Shown: positions 12,401 to 22,935, counted from the first letter of the stretch. The stretch: DNA of 64,000 bases from Candidatus Latescibacterota bacterium (GCA_963662665.2 CAXXJS010000040.1:224001-288000); one strand, 5' to 3'. A program made the numbers and translations. Notes: generated by a model not told the origin, from the sequence alone.

Positions 12401-12791
12401 ATGCTTCGATCATCCCGGGTGAAAAGTCGGCGCGGCCGTAGTGACCGGGGAGTTGCAGCGCACTGATCAGGCGTTGCTGCAGGCCTCCGAACGCCCGTTC
12501 GACCTGCAACGCGACGTCTTCCATTGAAGGTGGCAGGAAAAGCGGGCGAAAGCAGTATGCAACCGCAAGACCGAGCAGCGCGAGTCCCGCGGCGCCCGCC
12601 GCTGCCAACTTGACAGCGGGCGACAGATACAGGGCGGTTTCGAGCAGAAGCAAAACGAAAAAGCACCCCAGCGCGCAGCATAGGGTCGCTCCCGCGCCGT
12701 ACAGGATCCGGGCGGCCGTTTGTCTTCTGCGAAGCCCGCTGAGCGTGCAAAGCAGACTCTGGTACGCGGTATCTGCGGATGGTCTGGCCAT
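9459..12791 (-). CDS. DUF4175 family membrane-anchored coiled-coil protein
   Basis: N-terminal TM helices, YPAYTG, ARDDFG, long Q/E-rich coiled coil, RQRRILTRLLDAQRS. Confidence 0.8.
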   Translation of the reverse strand: MARPSADTAYQSLLCTLSGLRRRQTAARILYGAGATLCCALGCFFVLLLLETALYLSPAVKLAAAGAAGLALLGLAVAYCFRPLFLPPSMEDVALQVERAFGGLQQRLISALQLPGHYGRADFSPGMIEASVMQADETLANLNLDPLVPRTPPLRMAALCGALGMAILLAFTILPGPLTAAARRLAHPATAYVRPPETFIATHPGSAEIIAGEPFAISATLTGLVPLHAHVHLRENDTWTPLEIRVRNARIAHRMPVVKRSFQYRLRANDAVTPVYTVTAKPRPVVVRLSHDNRYPAYTGLEDVRDVDGGDIVAITGTSTTLHVESSHPLSTAEIVFDDSIASTAQINGTFALVNLAVKRNRRYTVALRDTHGISSANPVEYRVVALQDHPPEIRLLRPGKDTELGENMLVPLFVEARDDFGVARIEIRYSLNDDEGASNLAVPLDNPGAGELTRTHVWDLSSLDLLPGDRIVYRLRAYDANAISGPGIAETPAFTIRFPTLLEIHRQAQRVQEEGLERMAAIQESGEAVRERLEEIARRLLKERQMQWQHRKELETAIDDHAGAAEQLRKEKGKLEETLDRLQQSGVLGEETLQKLDQIHELLSEIETPGMREAMEELRSAMQRVDPEAVETALKAFRAEQKGFQQALERTIALLQQLRKEQALEALVRAAEALTEAQRRVVENIRDEPDPSSLAGKQDAIERQAGLFEDELAQTARKMTGDPNAMNELQRLSDRFEAQRITERMGRVSGDLLKGAAGSAQSRGARIAGDLNRFAKDLDAARQGFVSRRKEALTRQLDQLTHNLLGLSAAQEKTARSAGDISRDSDPTALAIEQARILAGVTRLTDHLMAAAHTTYFVTPETGAALGRALIKIHETAGHIQSGHGTRATGTGKDAMGALNEAAVALRKVVKDIAAASSSVGLEEMLQRMQELADQQKGLNAQSESMLGARPTEGGDGQQLGLARMAARQRAIQRALEEVRLGMGSRRQALLGDLDNIASEMEAVIHEMKNQRAGSRTLKRQRRILTRLLDAQRSIRERGRSKERRARRGSDLAYRGPGSLPPNLGEADNPLRRRLGEALDAGFAAEYQRLIRIYFETLMQDALKGEDSQ

Positions 12792-12900
12792 AAGCGTAGG
12801 AAACGCAAAGACCGAGCTGCGTTCGGCCTGTTCGATAGAGGCGCCGGACCAAGGGGGTAACGTGGGGGATCCCCTATTTCACCCCGAGCCGGCCGCGTAG

Positions 12901-13620
12901 TTAGTGCGTGAGCGCCCAGACAATGACGTTCGTCCCCATTTTCAAGGCGGCATCGCGCTTTTCCGGTGGATCTTCGTGAACGGCTGCATCGTTCCAACCA
13001 TCCCCGAGGTCGCACTCGTAATTATAAAACACCACAAGCCGTCCTTCGTGAAAGATGCCGAAGGCCTGTGGTCTCTTGCCGTCGTGCTCGTGGATTTTCG
13101 GCAGGCCGTCCGGAAACCGGAAAGGCCTTTGAAAGACACCGAACGAGGGCGGCAGTTCCACCAGTTCCTTGTCGGGGAAGGTTCGTTTGATTTCACGGCG
13201 AAACGCTTTGTCGAGTCCGTAATCGTCATTGGCAAAAAGGAAACCGCCGCGTTCAAGGTACGCGCGGAGGCGCCTGACTTCCTCTTCGGTAAATCGGATA
13301 TTTCCGTGCCCGGTGAGATAAAGAACCGGATAAGCGAAAAGGTCTTCGTCCATGATTTCCACCCGGGCTTCCTGTTCTGCCGTGTGGATCGTCGTTCGGC
13401 TCCCGATAAAGGCCAGAAGGTTCGGAATCTCAGTGGGCCCGTTGTACCAGTCTCCGCCGCCCCCGAATTTGAGCCTCGCTATCGTGAACGATGCCGGTGG
13501 ATCGGAAAGCTGCGCCGGACAGCGGGCGGCGCCTGGCGTCAGGAGGCAGAACGCAACGATAGCTAAGCCCCATCGTACCGGCAATCCAACGGTATTTTTT
13601 TCCTTTTCACTCCTGTTCAT
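12901..13620 (-). CDS. DUF4159 domain protein
   Basis: GGGGDWY, GGFLFANDDYG, KIHEHDGK, DLGDGW, MGTN motifs. Confidence 0.9.
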   Translation of the reverse strand: MNRSEKEKNTVGLPVRWGLAIVAFCLLTPGAARCPAQLSDPPASFTIARLKFGGGGDWYNGPTEIPNLLAFIGSRTTIHTAEQEARVEIMDEDLFAYPVLYLTGHGNIRFTEEEVRRLRAYLERGGFLFANDDYGLDKAFRREIKRTFPDKELVELPPSFGVFQRPFRFPDGLPKIHEHDGKRPQAFGIFHEGRLVVFYNYECDLGDGWNDAAVHEDPPEKRDAALKMGTNVIVWALTH

Positions 13621-13668
13621 CTTTTTTGAGAATAGCCCTCCGGTTCAGTGACACAGGTGCCGGACATG

Positions 13669-13700
13669 GGAAAGCGGGGACCCTGCGATCCCCGCTTTCC
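13669..13700. repeat. intergenic 12-bp perfect hairpin (REP-like or terminator-like)
   Basis: ggaaagcgggga-N8-tccccgctttcc; no U-tract; a similar aaagcgggga start occurs near 55036. Confidence 0.4.
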
Positions 13701-13755
13701 GGCGCCCAACGCCCAACCCCGGACTAAACGTGGCGCCGGTGCTCCCGGGCTCCGG

Positions 13756-14103
13756 CTAATCGGTGTCGATCTGAAGTATTGGTTTCGCCCGTTCCGGTTC
13801 GACCAACGAACTCTTCGCGAAACTGAATGTGCAATCAAATTCGACGTCGGCCAGACAACGCTCGTCGATAGGAAACGCGCTACACTGGCGTGGCCGGTTT
13901 TCGTAGATGCTGCAGGCGGAAAAACCATCGTCCTGCTTGATTACGAACGGGCATCGGAATAGAATCTCGCAGCAGTTGCCGCAGCGGTTGCATTCGCCCG
14001 ACAGGCGCGATGCCTGCTCGGCAACATAGGATTGGCGGAAGTGGGCAAAGAAAAAACGGCGAACTTTTCCTGCGGCCTGCCTAGCCTTCAGCGACAAATT
14101 CAT
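13756..14103 (-). CDS. YkgJ-like CxxCxxCC cysteine cluster protein
   Basis: CNRCGNCC...CPF...CSIYENRP.QC..FP. Confidence 0.8.
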   Translation of the reverse strand: MNLSLKARQAAGKVRRFFFAHFRQSYVAEQASRLSGECNRCGNCCEILFRCPFVIKQDDGFSACSIYENRPRQCSAFPIDERCLADVEFDCTFSFAKSSLVEPERAKPILQIDTD

Positions 14104-14135
14104 GTCGACTCCGCATCTCTTTCGCAGATATGCAG

Positions 14136-15673
14136 TCAGGGACCGTCGGGACGGTTCTCCGTAGATACACCTGGCTTTGCGCCAGCCGCCTTCGGTAGCC
14201 TGAACAGTTCACGGATTTCCTGCCACTCTCCTGTTTCCAGGAAGTTCCAACCCCACAGGATAAGCGGATACGCCAGCATCAGAAGGCACCGGGCCGCAAT
14301 GCCGGATGGGCTGAGGTTTGAGACGTTTCCCGATACGACGAGGAACACGATACCGCCGGCGACCCCGATCTTCGCAAGCCGGGCGTACTCGTAGGCAACA
14401 GGATAAAACCGTCGTGTGTACAGATAGAGGAAAAGGACCATTACACCGTAAGCGGCCAGGGTACTCCAGGCCGCCCCGAGCACGCCCATACGCGGGATAA
14501 GCAGAAGGTTGAACCCCACGTTGACACCCGCGCCCAGGCCCACCACGAGGGGCAGCATGCGTGAGCGACCCTCCGCGTAGACCCCGGCCGTCAATATAAT
14601 GTATATTCCGGATAGCAGGAATGCAAGGGTTACAATTGGGATGACACCCTGTGCAGGCAGATATTCGGAGGCTTTGCTTCCACATCCCAGCAGGATGAGA
14701 TCCCGTGCGAAGGTGGAAAGCGCGAGCAGCAACAGGGTGGCTCCCGCCGCGAAATAGGTCGTCATCCGGGCGACAACCGTGCGGGCCTCGGTTCTGTCCG
14801 GAATGGCCAGGATACCCGGCGCCCACGCGGCGCGGAATACCCGCGTAAGCATCTGCATGGGCAGGCAGAACCTGAAGAGAATCTGAAGAATCCCGACGGG
14901 ATCCTTGCCGAGGAAAAATTTCAGGAGCAACCGGTCGGAAAGGTTGATCAGAAGAAGGGCCGCGGCGGATGGTACAAAAGGCAGACCAAAGCGAAGAAGA
15001 TCGCGCAGTATAGACGGCGAATAGACGGGCCGTAGTGTACTGAGTCCGATTGACACAGGACCAGAAAGGCAAAAACGGAGCTGACCAGGTTGCTCCAGAA
15101 AATAGCACGTACCCCGTGCCCTTCCCAGACGATCAGGTACACGGTGAGACCAAGCTGCAGCGTGTGCTGGACGAACCGCACGGACGCGTAGATTCCGGAT
15201 CGCTGCCTCACCCTGCACAACGTTAAAAATGGCTCGGACAGGGTGTCCAGCAGCAGAATCACCGCAATTATGTGGAAGACGTCCGCGTAGGCCGTGTCAT
15301 TGAGAAAAAAGACGGCCAGGTGCGCGGCGGAATTCCATACCGCGAAGGATAAAAGGACGCCCGTGACCATAAGCGTCCAGTATGCCGTGCTGAACTTGAG
15401 GCGCAGATCGGCTTCATCGCGCTCGACGGCGAGGTGGCGCACGAGCGCATGGTTCAGACCGAGGGCGTACAGGAGAACGCTGAAGCTGACAAAAGCGTAC
15501 GCAAGGGCCATATCGCCGTTTTCGGATGGGGAGAGAAGCCGGGCATAGACGGGTACCAGAAGGATACCCGTGGCTTTACCGAGCATGTCGCCCATCCCGT
15601 AAACGGCAGTGTGTCTTGCGAGCGATCTGACGTGTCGGAAGCCCATGGACAAAACGGGGCCCTCCATCTTCAT
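14136..15673 (-). pseudogene. oligosaccharide flippase (Wzx/MATE-like), split by a frameshift near 15052
   Basis: N-half in ORF 14948-15673, C-half (LLRFGLP, SDRLLL, NLLLIPRMGVLGAAW) in ORF 14136-15218; one extra base restores ...VLCPIGLSTL; may be a sequencing error. Confidence 0.8.
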
Positions 15674-15773
15674 CGGGTTTGGACGGGTCGACAGACGTTC
15701 CTTCCCGCGGGAGAAACTGGATCGCGCATGTCGTATTCCGGTTCGCGACCGATGAGTCGGATGGCTGGAACGG

Positions 15774-18203
15774 TTACAACATCGATACAGGGTCTATGTC
15801 CACGTCCAGCGTCACGGCTGCGCGGCGATTTCGGCCGAATTCGCGCAGGGCCCTGCGGGCGAGAACGTTCAGGTTCCTGGACGAGGGTGTCTTGAGTATG
15901 ACCTGCCAACGATAGCTCCTGCGGATCCGGGCAAGGGGCGCCTGTGCCGGTCCCATCACGTCCACGTGCGGCAATGCCATTTCGCGCAGGGCCTCGGCGC
16001 ACAATCCGGCGGTTCGGGCGACATCGGGTTCATGCCTGCCTTTGAAGAGGAGCAGGGCCATGCGGCCGAAAGGAGGATAGAGCACGCTGCGTCGCCCCTC
16101 GAGTTCAAGTTCAGCGAATTTCTGAAAGTCGTGATTCCTTGCGCACCGCACGGCTTCCCCCTCCGGCAGGTGGGTCTGTATGACGACCTCGCCGGGAGAG
16201 TGCCCGCGCCCGGCCCGGCCGCTCACCTGCGTAAGCAACTGGAAAGTACGCTCTCCCGCTCTGAAGTCCGGTAGATGAATGCCGGTATCCGCCGAAATGA
16301 CGCCAACCAGGGTAACGCCGGGGAAATCCAGGCCCTTGGCCACCATTTGCGTTCCAAGCAAAACATCCGCCTGGCCCAACCTGAAGGACTCCAGGATACG
16401 GTCGTGCGCCCCTTTCCTGCGTGTCGAGTCGACGTCCATGCGGAGCAGGCGCAGGTCGGGGAATTGCTCCTTGAGGGCCTCCTCCACCCGTTGCGTGCCC
16501 ACACCCAGCAGCCGGAGATTAGGCCCCTCGCAGCCGTGGCATACGGAAGGCGCCGGGGTATCGAAGGCGCAATAGTGGCACACCATCCGCCGGCCCGGGG
16601 CATGGTAGGTGAGGGTGACACGGCAATTCGGACATTGTACGCTCCCGCCGCAATCCTGACATTGCACAAAGGGAGCATACCCTCTGCGGTTTTGCAGCAG
16701 GATGACCCGCTCCTTTTTCTTGAGGCGGTCCCTGAGTTTCTCCCGCAGAACCCGTGAAAAGAGGCCGCCGCTTTCTTTCCTCATATCCGCAAGGATAACC
16801 GTGGGCAGGGGGCGGGCGTCGATCCGTTCCGGCAGAGAAAGTAAATTGAACTTGTCGGTTTCGACATTGTGAAAGGACTCAAGCGCCGGTGTCGCCGAGC
16901 CCAGAATGACGGGGATATCTTCCATTTTCGCCCGCATTACCGCAACGTCCCGAGCGTTGTACCGCGGCGCCGGATCCGACTGTTTGTACGCGCCGTCGTG
17001 CTCCTCGTCCACAATGATCAGGCCGAGGTTCGATACCGGCGCAAAAACGGCGGAACGAGCACCTATGACAATGGTCCGCCGGCCCTCGCGGACGTCCCGC
17101 CAGGCATCGTAGCGTTCGCTCTCCGACAGAGCGCTGTGGATGACGGCGACCCGGTTGCCGAAATGGGATCGGAAACGGCGCACCGTTTGAGGGGTGAGCG
17201 AGATCTCGGGTACCAGGACCAGTGCGCCCATCCCGGCCTGCAGGACCCGATCGACCGCCTGAATGTAAACCAGCGTCTTGCCGCTCCCGGTAACCCCGTG
17301 CAGGAGAAAGGGACTGAATCTGGAGGGACTGAACGAACACTCGATTTCCTCTAGCGCTTTCTGCTGATGCGCGGTGGGGGTCAGCCGCTCGGGAGGAACG
17401 GGTTCCACTTCGGCGTACGGGTCCCTCCGGACTTCGCGCTCGTAGATCCTGACCAGTCTTCGGACGGACAGCGCTTTGAGGACGCCCGGCCCTATACCGG
17501 CGTGGCGAAGTGCTACCGACGGCATGGCGCCGCCGCAAGCCTGAAGACGCCTGAGACACTCCGCCTGTCGGGGCGCCCTGCGCTCGAGTGCGGGCCATTC
17601 AAGTTCGAACCACCGCGCATCAGCCACCAGACGAACCATACGCTCCTGCCTGGGCTTGACTCGAGGATCTTCAATGATCTGATGGGTTGTAAGCATACCC
17701 CTGCGAATCAGTCCGTAGACGGCACTTCGGACCGCGTTTCCCGGCAGGCGGCGCTGAAGTTGACGGAGGCTGGCCGGGCCCCCGGTTTGCAGGTGGTCCA
17801 GCACCTTTTCCTGAAATGCGGTAATCGGGCCTCGACCGCCGCCATTGAGGGTATTAATCCTGATGCGCTGTCCGCTGTGTGTGTGGATGCCGGCGGGAAG
17901 CGCGGCCGTGAGGACTTCGGACAGGGTGCAGACGTAATATCCCGCCATCCAGCGACAGAGGTCGAGGACGATTGGTGAAACGACGGGATAGGAATCGAGC
18001 AGAATACCGATTGCCTTGACGTTGTCCAGATCGGTGTGGTCTTGAAAACCGACGACAATGCCGGTTGTCCATCGGGGACCCAGAGGAACGAGCGCCCTGC
18101 TTCCGACGTGAGTTTGATGCTTGAGATCGTCGGGAACCAGGTAGGTCATTTCCCGGTCTATTGGCGTGGCGAGGGGGACAATTTGCGCGTAGTTTGAATC
18201 CAT
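15774..18203 (-). CDS. priA: primosomal protein N'
   Basis: GVTGSGKT, DEEH, SAT, NRRGY, four CxxC zinc ligands, GTQMVAKGLDF, DIDP. Confidence 0.97.
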   Translation of the reverse strand: MDSNYAQIVPLATPIDREMTYLVPDDLKHQTHVGSRALVPLGPRWTTGIVVGFQDHTDLDNVKAIGILLDSYPVVSPIVLDLCRWMAGYYVCTLSEVLTAALPAGIHTHSGQRIRINTLNGGGRGPITAFQEKVLDHLQTGGPASLRQLQRRLPGNAVRSAVYGLIRRGMLTTHQIIEDPRVKPRQERMVRLVADARWFELEWPALERRAPRQAECLRRLQACGGAMPSVALRHAGIGPGVLKALSVRRLVRIYEREVRRDPYAEVEPVPPERLTPTAHQQKALEEIECSFSPSRFSPFLLHGVTGSGKTLVYIQAVDRVLQAGMGALVLVPEISLTPQTVRRFRSHFGNRVAVIHSALSESERYDAWRDVREGRRTIVIGARSAVFAPVSNLGLIIVDEEHDGAYKQSDPAPRYNARDVAVMRAKMEDIPVILGSATPALESFHNVETDKFNLLSLPERIDARPLPTVILADMRKESGGLFSRVLREKLRDRLKKKERVILLQNRRGYAPFVQCQDCGGSVQCPNCRVTLTYHAPGRRMVCHYCAFDTPAPSVCHGCEGPNLRLLGVGTQRVEEALKEQFPDLRLLRMDVDSTRRKGAHDRILESFRLGQADVLLGTQMVAKGLDFPGVTLVGVISADTGIHLPDFRAGERTFQLLTQVSGRAGRGHSPGEVVIQTHLPEGEAVRCARNHDFQKFAELELEGRRSVLYPPFGRMALLLFKGRHEPDVARTAGLCAEALREMALPHVDVMGPAQAPLARIRRSYRWQVILKTPSSRNLNVLARRALREFGRNRRAAVTLDVDIDPVSML

Positions 18204-18209
18204 TGCGGA

Positions 18210-19268
18210 TCAACGCACGGGTGGCGGCGCCACAGATTCAATCTCTTCAACCCAGATATTGGATCGGGAGATGAACAGGCGGTGTTTCCGGCCGTGTTTG
18301 GTGGGAACGGAAACAGGCCTGTCCTGCAGGGAGAGGGAGACAGCGGCGGGGTCTGCAATTTCCACGCGGAACCGATCGCGGGCGATCCACTTCCTCTGAT
18401 CGCCCGAAATCAGCCGACTTTCAATGGTTGAGTCGCCGTCGCTGGAAACGCGTACCCGCGTATCCAGCAATGCATGAACGGTAAGGACTAACTCGTCTTC
18501 CCGGATTCCCGAGTACTGCTGCGGAAGCGAATACGCCGACACCACACGCTCGCCCGACGGCGAAGCCTCCGGGTTGTCCGGTTCCTTCGGTTCGGTATGG
18601 AGGGATTCGGCCGGCGCCGTCGCTGCCTCGTTGCGGCCTGCAGACGCAACAGGGACCGCTTCGGGTTCCAGCGTTGTTGAAGTCTCCGTACCGGACGTCG
18701 TCGATCTGCTTACGTCCCCCGACGTCTGCGCTTCCGTATCTACCGGCGCCGGCGCTGCCTCGTTGCGGCCTGCAGGCGCCACAGGGACCGCCTTGGGTTC
18801 CAGCGTTTTTGAAATCTCCCGTTCGGACGTCGTCGATCTGCTTACGTCTCCAGGCATCGGCGCTTCCATCTCTACCGGCGGCGGCGGCGGCGAATCACTC
18901 CGGAGTACCACGGCAGCGATGACAACGACCAATGCCAATACACATAGAATCGCAAGGATGGGACCCCACGACAGTGACCGGTCCCGTGTCCGGTGTACGG
19001 CGACCTGGGGCAATTCCGAGTTGGGCCTGGCTTTGTCATATCTGTCCAAAGTCTCCTCGACGTTGAGGCCGACTTCCTGCGCGTATTTTTTGAGAAAGAG
19101 GCGAACGTAAATTTCCGGAAGGACGTCGTAGTTGCCGGTTTCGATGGCGCGGAGGTACTCCGGGTTGATCCGCGTACGTTCGAACAGTTCGTCCAGGGAC
19201 ATACCGCTGGCTTCACGTTGGACGCGTAACTCAGATGCAAATTCACGCATTAGCGGCTCCGAAATCAA
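18210..19268 (-). CDS. rodZ: RodZ-like HTH membrane protein with DUF4115
   Basis: N-terminal HTH (TRI...YL.AIE.G...LP..YVR.FLK.YA..VGL), one TM helix, low-complexity linker, C-terminal beta domain. Confidence 0.8.
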   Translation of the reverse strand: MISEPLMREFASELRVQREASGMSLDELFERTRINPEYLRAIETGNYDVLPEIYVRLFLKKYAQEVGLNVEETLDRYDKARPNSELPQVAVHRTRDRSLSWGPILAILCVLALVVVIAAVVLRSDSPPPPPVEMEAPMPGDVSRSTTSEREISKTLEPKAVPVAPAGRNEAAPAPVDTEAQTSGDVSRSTTSGTETSTTLEPEAVPVASAGRNEAATAPAESLHTEPKEPDNPEASPSGERVVSAYSLPQQYSGIREDELVLTVHALLDTRVRVSSDGDSTIESRLISGDQRKWIARDRFRVEIADPAAVSLSLQDRPVSVPTKHGRKHRLFISRSNIWVEEIESVAPPPVR

Positions 19269-19870
19269 TCATTCCAACGCCCGGAGGCAAACTGCAAGGG
19301 CGACTTGCCCACCATTTGTTCGAGGAGTGAGCAGAACAGCGAGAGCGGTAATCCCACAACATTGTAAAAGCAGCCCGAGATTGATTGAACAAACGCGGCC
19401 GCCATTCCCTGAACCGCATACGCGCCCGCTTTGTCCATGGGTTCCCCGGTTTTTACGTAGAATTGGATTTCTTCCGGTTTGAGCGGTCTCATGGCGACGT
19501 CCGTCACCGCCGCGTCCCGGAGAAAACGACCGGACTCCGTATCGATCAACATCAGACCGGTATGAACCTGGTGAGTCTTTCCCGATAGCCTGCTCAGCAT
19601 TTGAATCGCCTCGACCTCTCCGGCGGGCTTTTCTAGAATGTCGCCGTCCAGAACAACCACGGTGTCCGCGCCAAGGACAAGCTCCCGGCGGAAACTGGCA
19701 GCAACCGTCCGCGCCTTTCGGGAAGCAATTTCACGGACATAGTCCGCAGGTGGAATCGACCTGTCCATGGTTTCCGAAACATGGCTCGGCACAACTTCAA
19801 AGGACATGCCGAGCAGACGCAGCAGTTCGGACCGCCTCGGTGATGCAGAGGCCAGGATGAGCTTTTTCAT
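19265..19870 (-). CDS. maf: Maf family nucleotide pyrophosphatase
   Basis: LILASASPRR, GADTVV, EKP, DKAGAY, NVVGLP. Confidence 0.95.
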   Translation of the reverse strand: MKKLILASASPRRSELLRLLGMSFEVVPSHVSETMDRSIPPADYVREIASRKARTVAASFRRELVLGADTVVVLDGDILEKPAGEVEAIQMLSRLSGKTHQVHTGLMLIDTESGRFLRDAAVTDVAMRPLKPEEIQFYVKTGEPMDKAGAYAVQGMAAAFVQSISGCFYNVVGLPLSLFCSLLEQMVGKSPLQFASGRWND

Positions 19871-19926
19871 GTTTGGGAATGTTGATGCCCGGTACGACTG
19901 CGCGGCGTTAATAACCCGTGTATTTA

Positions 19927-20367
19927 TTACGAAGTCTCAACCATGATGGTGACGGGGCCGTCGTTGTGTATTTCAACGTGCATGTTGGCGCCGAACTTCC
20001 CCGTGCTGACCGATACACCCTGGTTGCGCAGCACATCCACGAATTCGTTATAGTGTGCCTCGGCCATCCCGGGGGGAGCCGCGCTGGCGTAACCGGGACG
20101 ACGACCCTTACGGGTATCGCCATACAGCGTGAACTGTGAGACAACCAGGGCCTGCCCTCTGACGTCAACGAGGGAACGATTCATCTTGCCCTGTTCATCT
20201 CCGAAGATCCGGAGTTGGGCGCATTTGCCGGCAACGTACTGGATGTCTGCGGGGGTGTCCTGCCGGCCCACGCCCAGAAGAATCAGCATACCCCGGCCGA
20301 TTTCCGCGGTGAGTTGTCCGTTGATGTATACCGCGGAACGGCTGACCCGTTGTACAAGCGCTCGCAC
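19927..20367 (-). CDS. dtd: D-aminoacyl-tRNA deacylase
   Basis: MRALVQRV, SQFTL, NDGPVT. Confidence 0.97.
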   Translation of the reverse strand: MRALVQRVSRSAVYINGQLTAEIGRGMLILLGVGRQDTPADIQYVAGKCAQLRIFGDEQGKMNRSLVDVRGQALVVSQFTLYGDTRKGRRPGYASAAPPGMAEAHYNEFVDVLRNQGVSVSTGKFGANMHVEIHNDGPVTIMVETS

Positions 20368-20562
20368 CCTGGTCCCTGGAATTCAAGATACGCCACCAAT
20401 GGTGGGGTTGCATTGGAGATTTGGCGGCATTAGAAACAAAGCGGCATACCTACAGGTAATTTAGCCGATTCGCGAGGTCGAGGCAAGGGAAAGAACACGC
20501 TGCGAGAATGGAAACCGGGGGTGGGGACGGAAAGGGGAGATTCCAATGCTATCCGGCTGATT

Positions 20563-22935
20563 TCAAAGCCCGAAACCGCCCCGGCGATGTTCCAGTTTGA
20601 TCTGGGGGAAATCCTTGATATTGAGCTTGAAATGAAAGCCCTTGTTGAAGCCGGTGGGATACCAGCTGAGCGTGGCCTGCCAGCAGTGCAGGTCTCTGTA
20701 GACGTAGAGCGTCTGTGAGATTAGCCGGGTGTTGATCAAGTCGTAGTTTATTGAATAGTTGAAGCGCCATACACGCGTGGGATTCAATGCCAGGTCCGCT
20801 TTCACCCAGGAGCGCCTGGTCGAACCGGAGCCCGGGGTGAAAGGCGCCCGATGGCTGAAATAGTGACCCAGGTTGAAATGCCAGGGTTGGGTGGCGTCGC
20901 CAAAGTCGCGGTAGACGTCGTCTTCAAAGTTAAAACCGGTACCGTGGACGGGCAGCATGGACCCCCGGTATTGGCGCCGATCGGATCGGCCTTCGGTGCG
21001 GCCGCTGAAGCGGAGGCTGGTGTTGACCGTGAGGCTGCGCAGATGAGGACGATACAGATTCAGACGATCCAGTGCATCATAGAACCTGTGGGTCATGTTG
21101 AGACGAACGTCTATCCGGCGGGCTGGCTTTATGGAGGCTGAAGTACGCAGATCACGCCATTTTCCCGTCGGATTGGTGTCGAAGTCGTACCCGGTCGATA
21201 AACTCGCCGTGGCGAAAGTGGATCGCCGTACTTTGCCGTCGGCCTCGGTTTTGATTTCGATCGTGTTATTGAGGCGCAAATTGAGTGTGCGCCTGGGGTC
21301 GTTCCAGTCCCGGCGGCCGTGGAAACCCAGGGTGGCGCCGTCCACCGTTGCGTTCTGGTAGTACCTGAAGTCTATCTGCGGCTGGAACCGGTGGCGGATT
21401 CCCCTGAGCCGTCCAACGTGAGGCTGAAAAATGCCATAGAGCGCAGTGCCCGCGGCCATACTGGCATTGTAGGATTCACGGCGCGTACGGGCGTCCCGGT
21501 TCAGACGTGAGGAGGTCTGACTGACGTTGAACCGGTGGGTGAGATCCAGCCAGCCGAAGGGTCGGTGCTGGCTGCTTGCGCCGAAGCGGGAGTTCAGGGT
21601 CAGATTGTGGGTGTTGTCGGCCTCATCCTCGTTGCGCGTGAAAACGTTCGTCAATCCGCCGGAAACGTCGTAATAGAACGCGTGGTACCAAAGAGCTTCC
21701 CGGTTCGATTCGGGTTGACCGAAAATACGTCGCCTGCCCTGGCGGAACGAAAGGCGGGGGAATCCCTGGAACCGGTTCTGATTCTCGTCGAGGTCACGGT
21801 AGTAGTTGAGATTGAGATCCATGCTTCGACGGGCTTCGGTCCAGCGCTTGTCAATGGAAAAAGACGACCGGAGTTGCCGGTTCAGGTATCGATAGAGATT
21901 GTTGGCGTTGTGAAGGTCGAAGCTGGAACTGTTGGTGAAATCACCCCTGGCCCTCATGTTGAGCGTTCGGTTCAGCCGATGCTGATGGTGGAAGTTCAAA
22001 CGCCAGGCGCGGCGGGCATCGCCGGAAGGCTCTCGCCCGCGTTCATAGGAGAGGTTCATGTACCCGCTGAGTCGTTTGCGCACGGCGTAGTCGATGCCCG
22101 TGTCAAAAAGGAATCCATTGCGTTCGCGCAGGGCTGTCTTGAACGTAGCATCCCAATAGTCGCTGGGCGCCCAATAGTATCCGATGTTGCTTACGTTCAC
22201 GCCGTCGCGGCTATTGCTGCCTACCCTGGGGGTTAGAATGCCGGAGCGTCTGCCCTGAGTGAGCGGAAACACGTAGAACGGGAGCCACATGACCGGGACC
22301 GGACCGATGCGAAACGTAACCGAACGGGCGATGGCTTTGTCATTCTCCACGACCTTCAGCGCCTGGCATAGAAAGTCGTAGTGGGTGTGGTCCAGGTCGC
22401 AGGAGGACATGGAAACCGTACGGGCATGAAGTTCACGGTGTCGATCCAGTAGGATCTGCTCACCCCTGTAATATCGCCTCCGATGGCGCGCCCGGCCACC
22501 CCGCACGCGGCCGCGGCCGGTCTCCAGGTTATAGACCATCGACGAACCGGTGAACCGCTCCCCGCGCCGGTTAAACTCAGGCATACCAACGGTCTTTCTT
22601 CCGGTGGAATCCTTCAGCGCTTCGGCCTCCATACGTTTTTCCTTACGATAGAGCACGATGCGTCCTGCTCGCAGTTCCACGTCTCGATATTTGAGTACGG
22701 CATTTCCCGTAAAGACGACGCGCCCCGTCGCGATATCATCCACGACTTGATCGGCCTCGTATTCGTAAAGCAGGGAGTCCGGCGCCGTCGCGTCCCGGCG
22801 GACGGGAAGCGGGCCTGGTTCTCCCTGCGCGAACGCGACATTGCCCGGGCATACCACCAGGAAGACTAACGCAGCGGAGGCGACGTGGATCGCCTTCCGG
22901 ATAACAGTAGCCGTATTTACTCTTGACTTGGTCAT
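20563..22935 (-). CDS. lptD: LPS-assembly protein LptD (FCB type)
   Basis: OstA-like N-terminus, RRSGILTP, GYYW..SDYWD, beta-barrel strands, YRDLHCW. Confidence 0.85.
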   Translation of the reverse strand: MTKSRVNTATVIRKAIHVASAALVFLVVCPGNVAFAQGEPGPLPVRRDATAPDSLLYEYEADQVVDDIATGRVVFTGNAVLKYRDVELRAGRIVLYRKEKRMEAEALKDSTGRKTVGMPEFNRRGERFTGSSMVYNLETGRGRVRGGRARHRRRYYRGEQILLDRHRELHARTVSMSSCDLDHTHYDFLCQALKVVENDKAIARSVTFRIGPVPVMWLPFYVFPLTQGRRSGILTPRVGSNSRDGVNVSNIGYYWAPSDYWDATFKTALRERNGFLFDTGIDYAVRKRLSGYMNLSYERGREPSGDARRAWRLNFHHQHRLNRTLNMRARGDFTNSSSFDLHNANNLYRYLNRQLRSSFSIDKRWTEARRSMDLNLNYYRDLDENQNRFQGFPRLSFRQGRRRIFGQPESNREALWYHAFYYDVSGGLTNVFTRNEDEADNTHNLTLNSRFGASSQHRPFGWLDLTHRFNVSQTSSRLNRDARTRRESYNASMAAGTALYGIFQPHVGRLRGIRHRFQPQIDFRYYQNATVDGATLGFHGRRDWNDPRRTLNLRLNNTIEIKTEADGKVRRSTFATASLSTGYDFDTNPTGKWRDLRTSASIKPARRIDVRLNMTHRFYDALDRLNLYRPHLRSLTVNTSLRFSGRTEGRSDRRQYRGSMLPVHGTGFNFEDDVYRDFGDATQPWHFNLGHYFSHRAPFTPGSGSTRRSWVKADLALNPTRVWRFNYSINYDLINTRLISQTLYVYRDLHCWQATLSWYPTGFNKGFHFKLNIKDFPQIKLEHRRGGFGL

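Noticed and set aside
14136-15673. Programmed frameshift in the flippase
   Set aside because: No slippery run at the junction; a single lost base explains it
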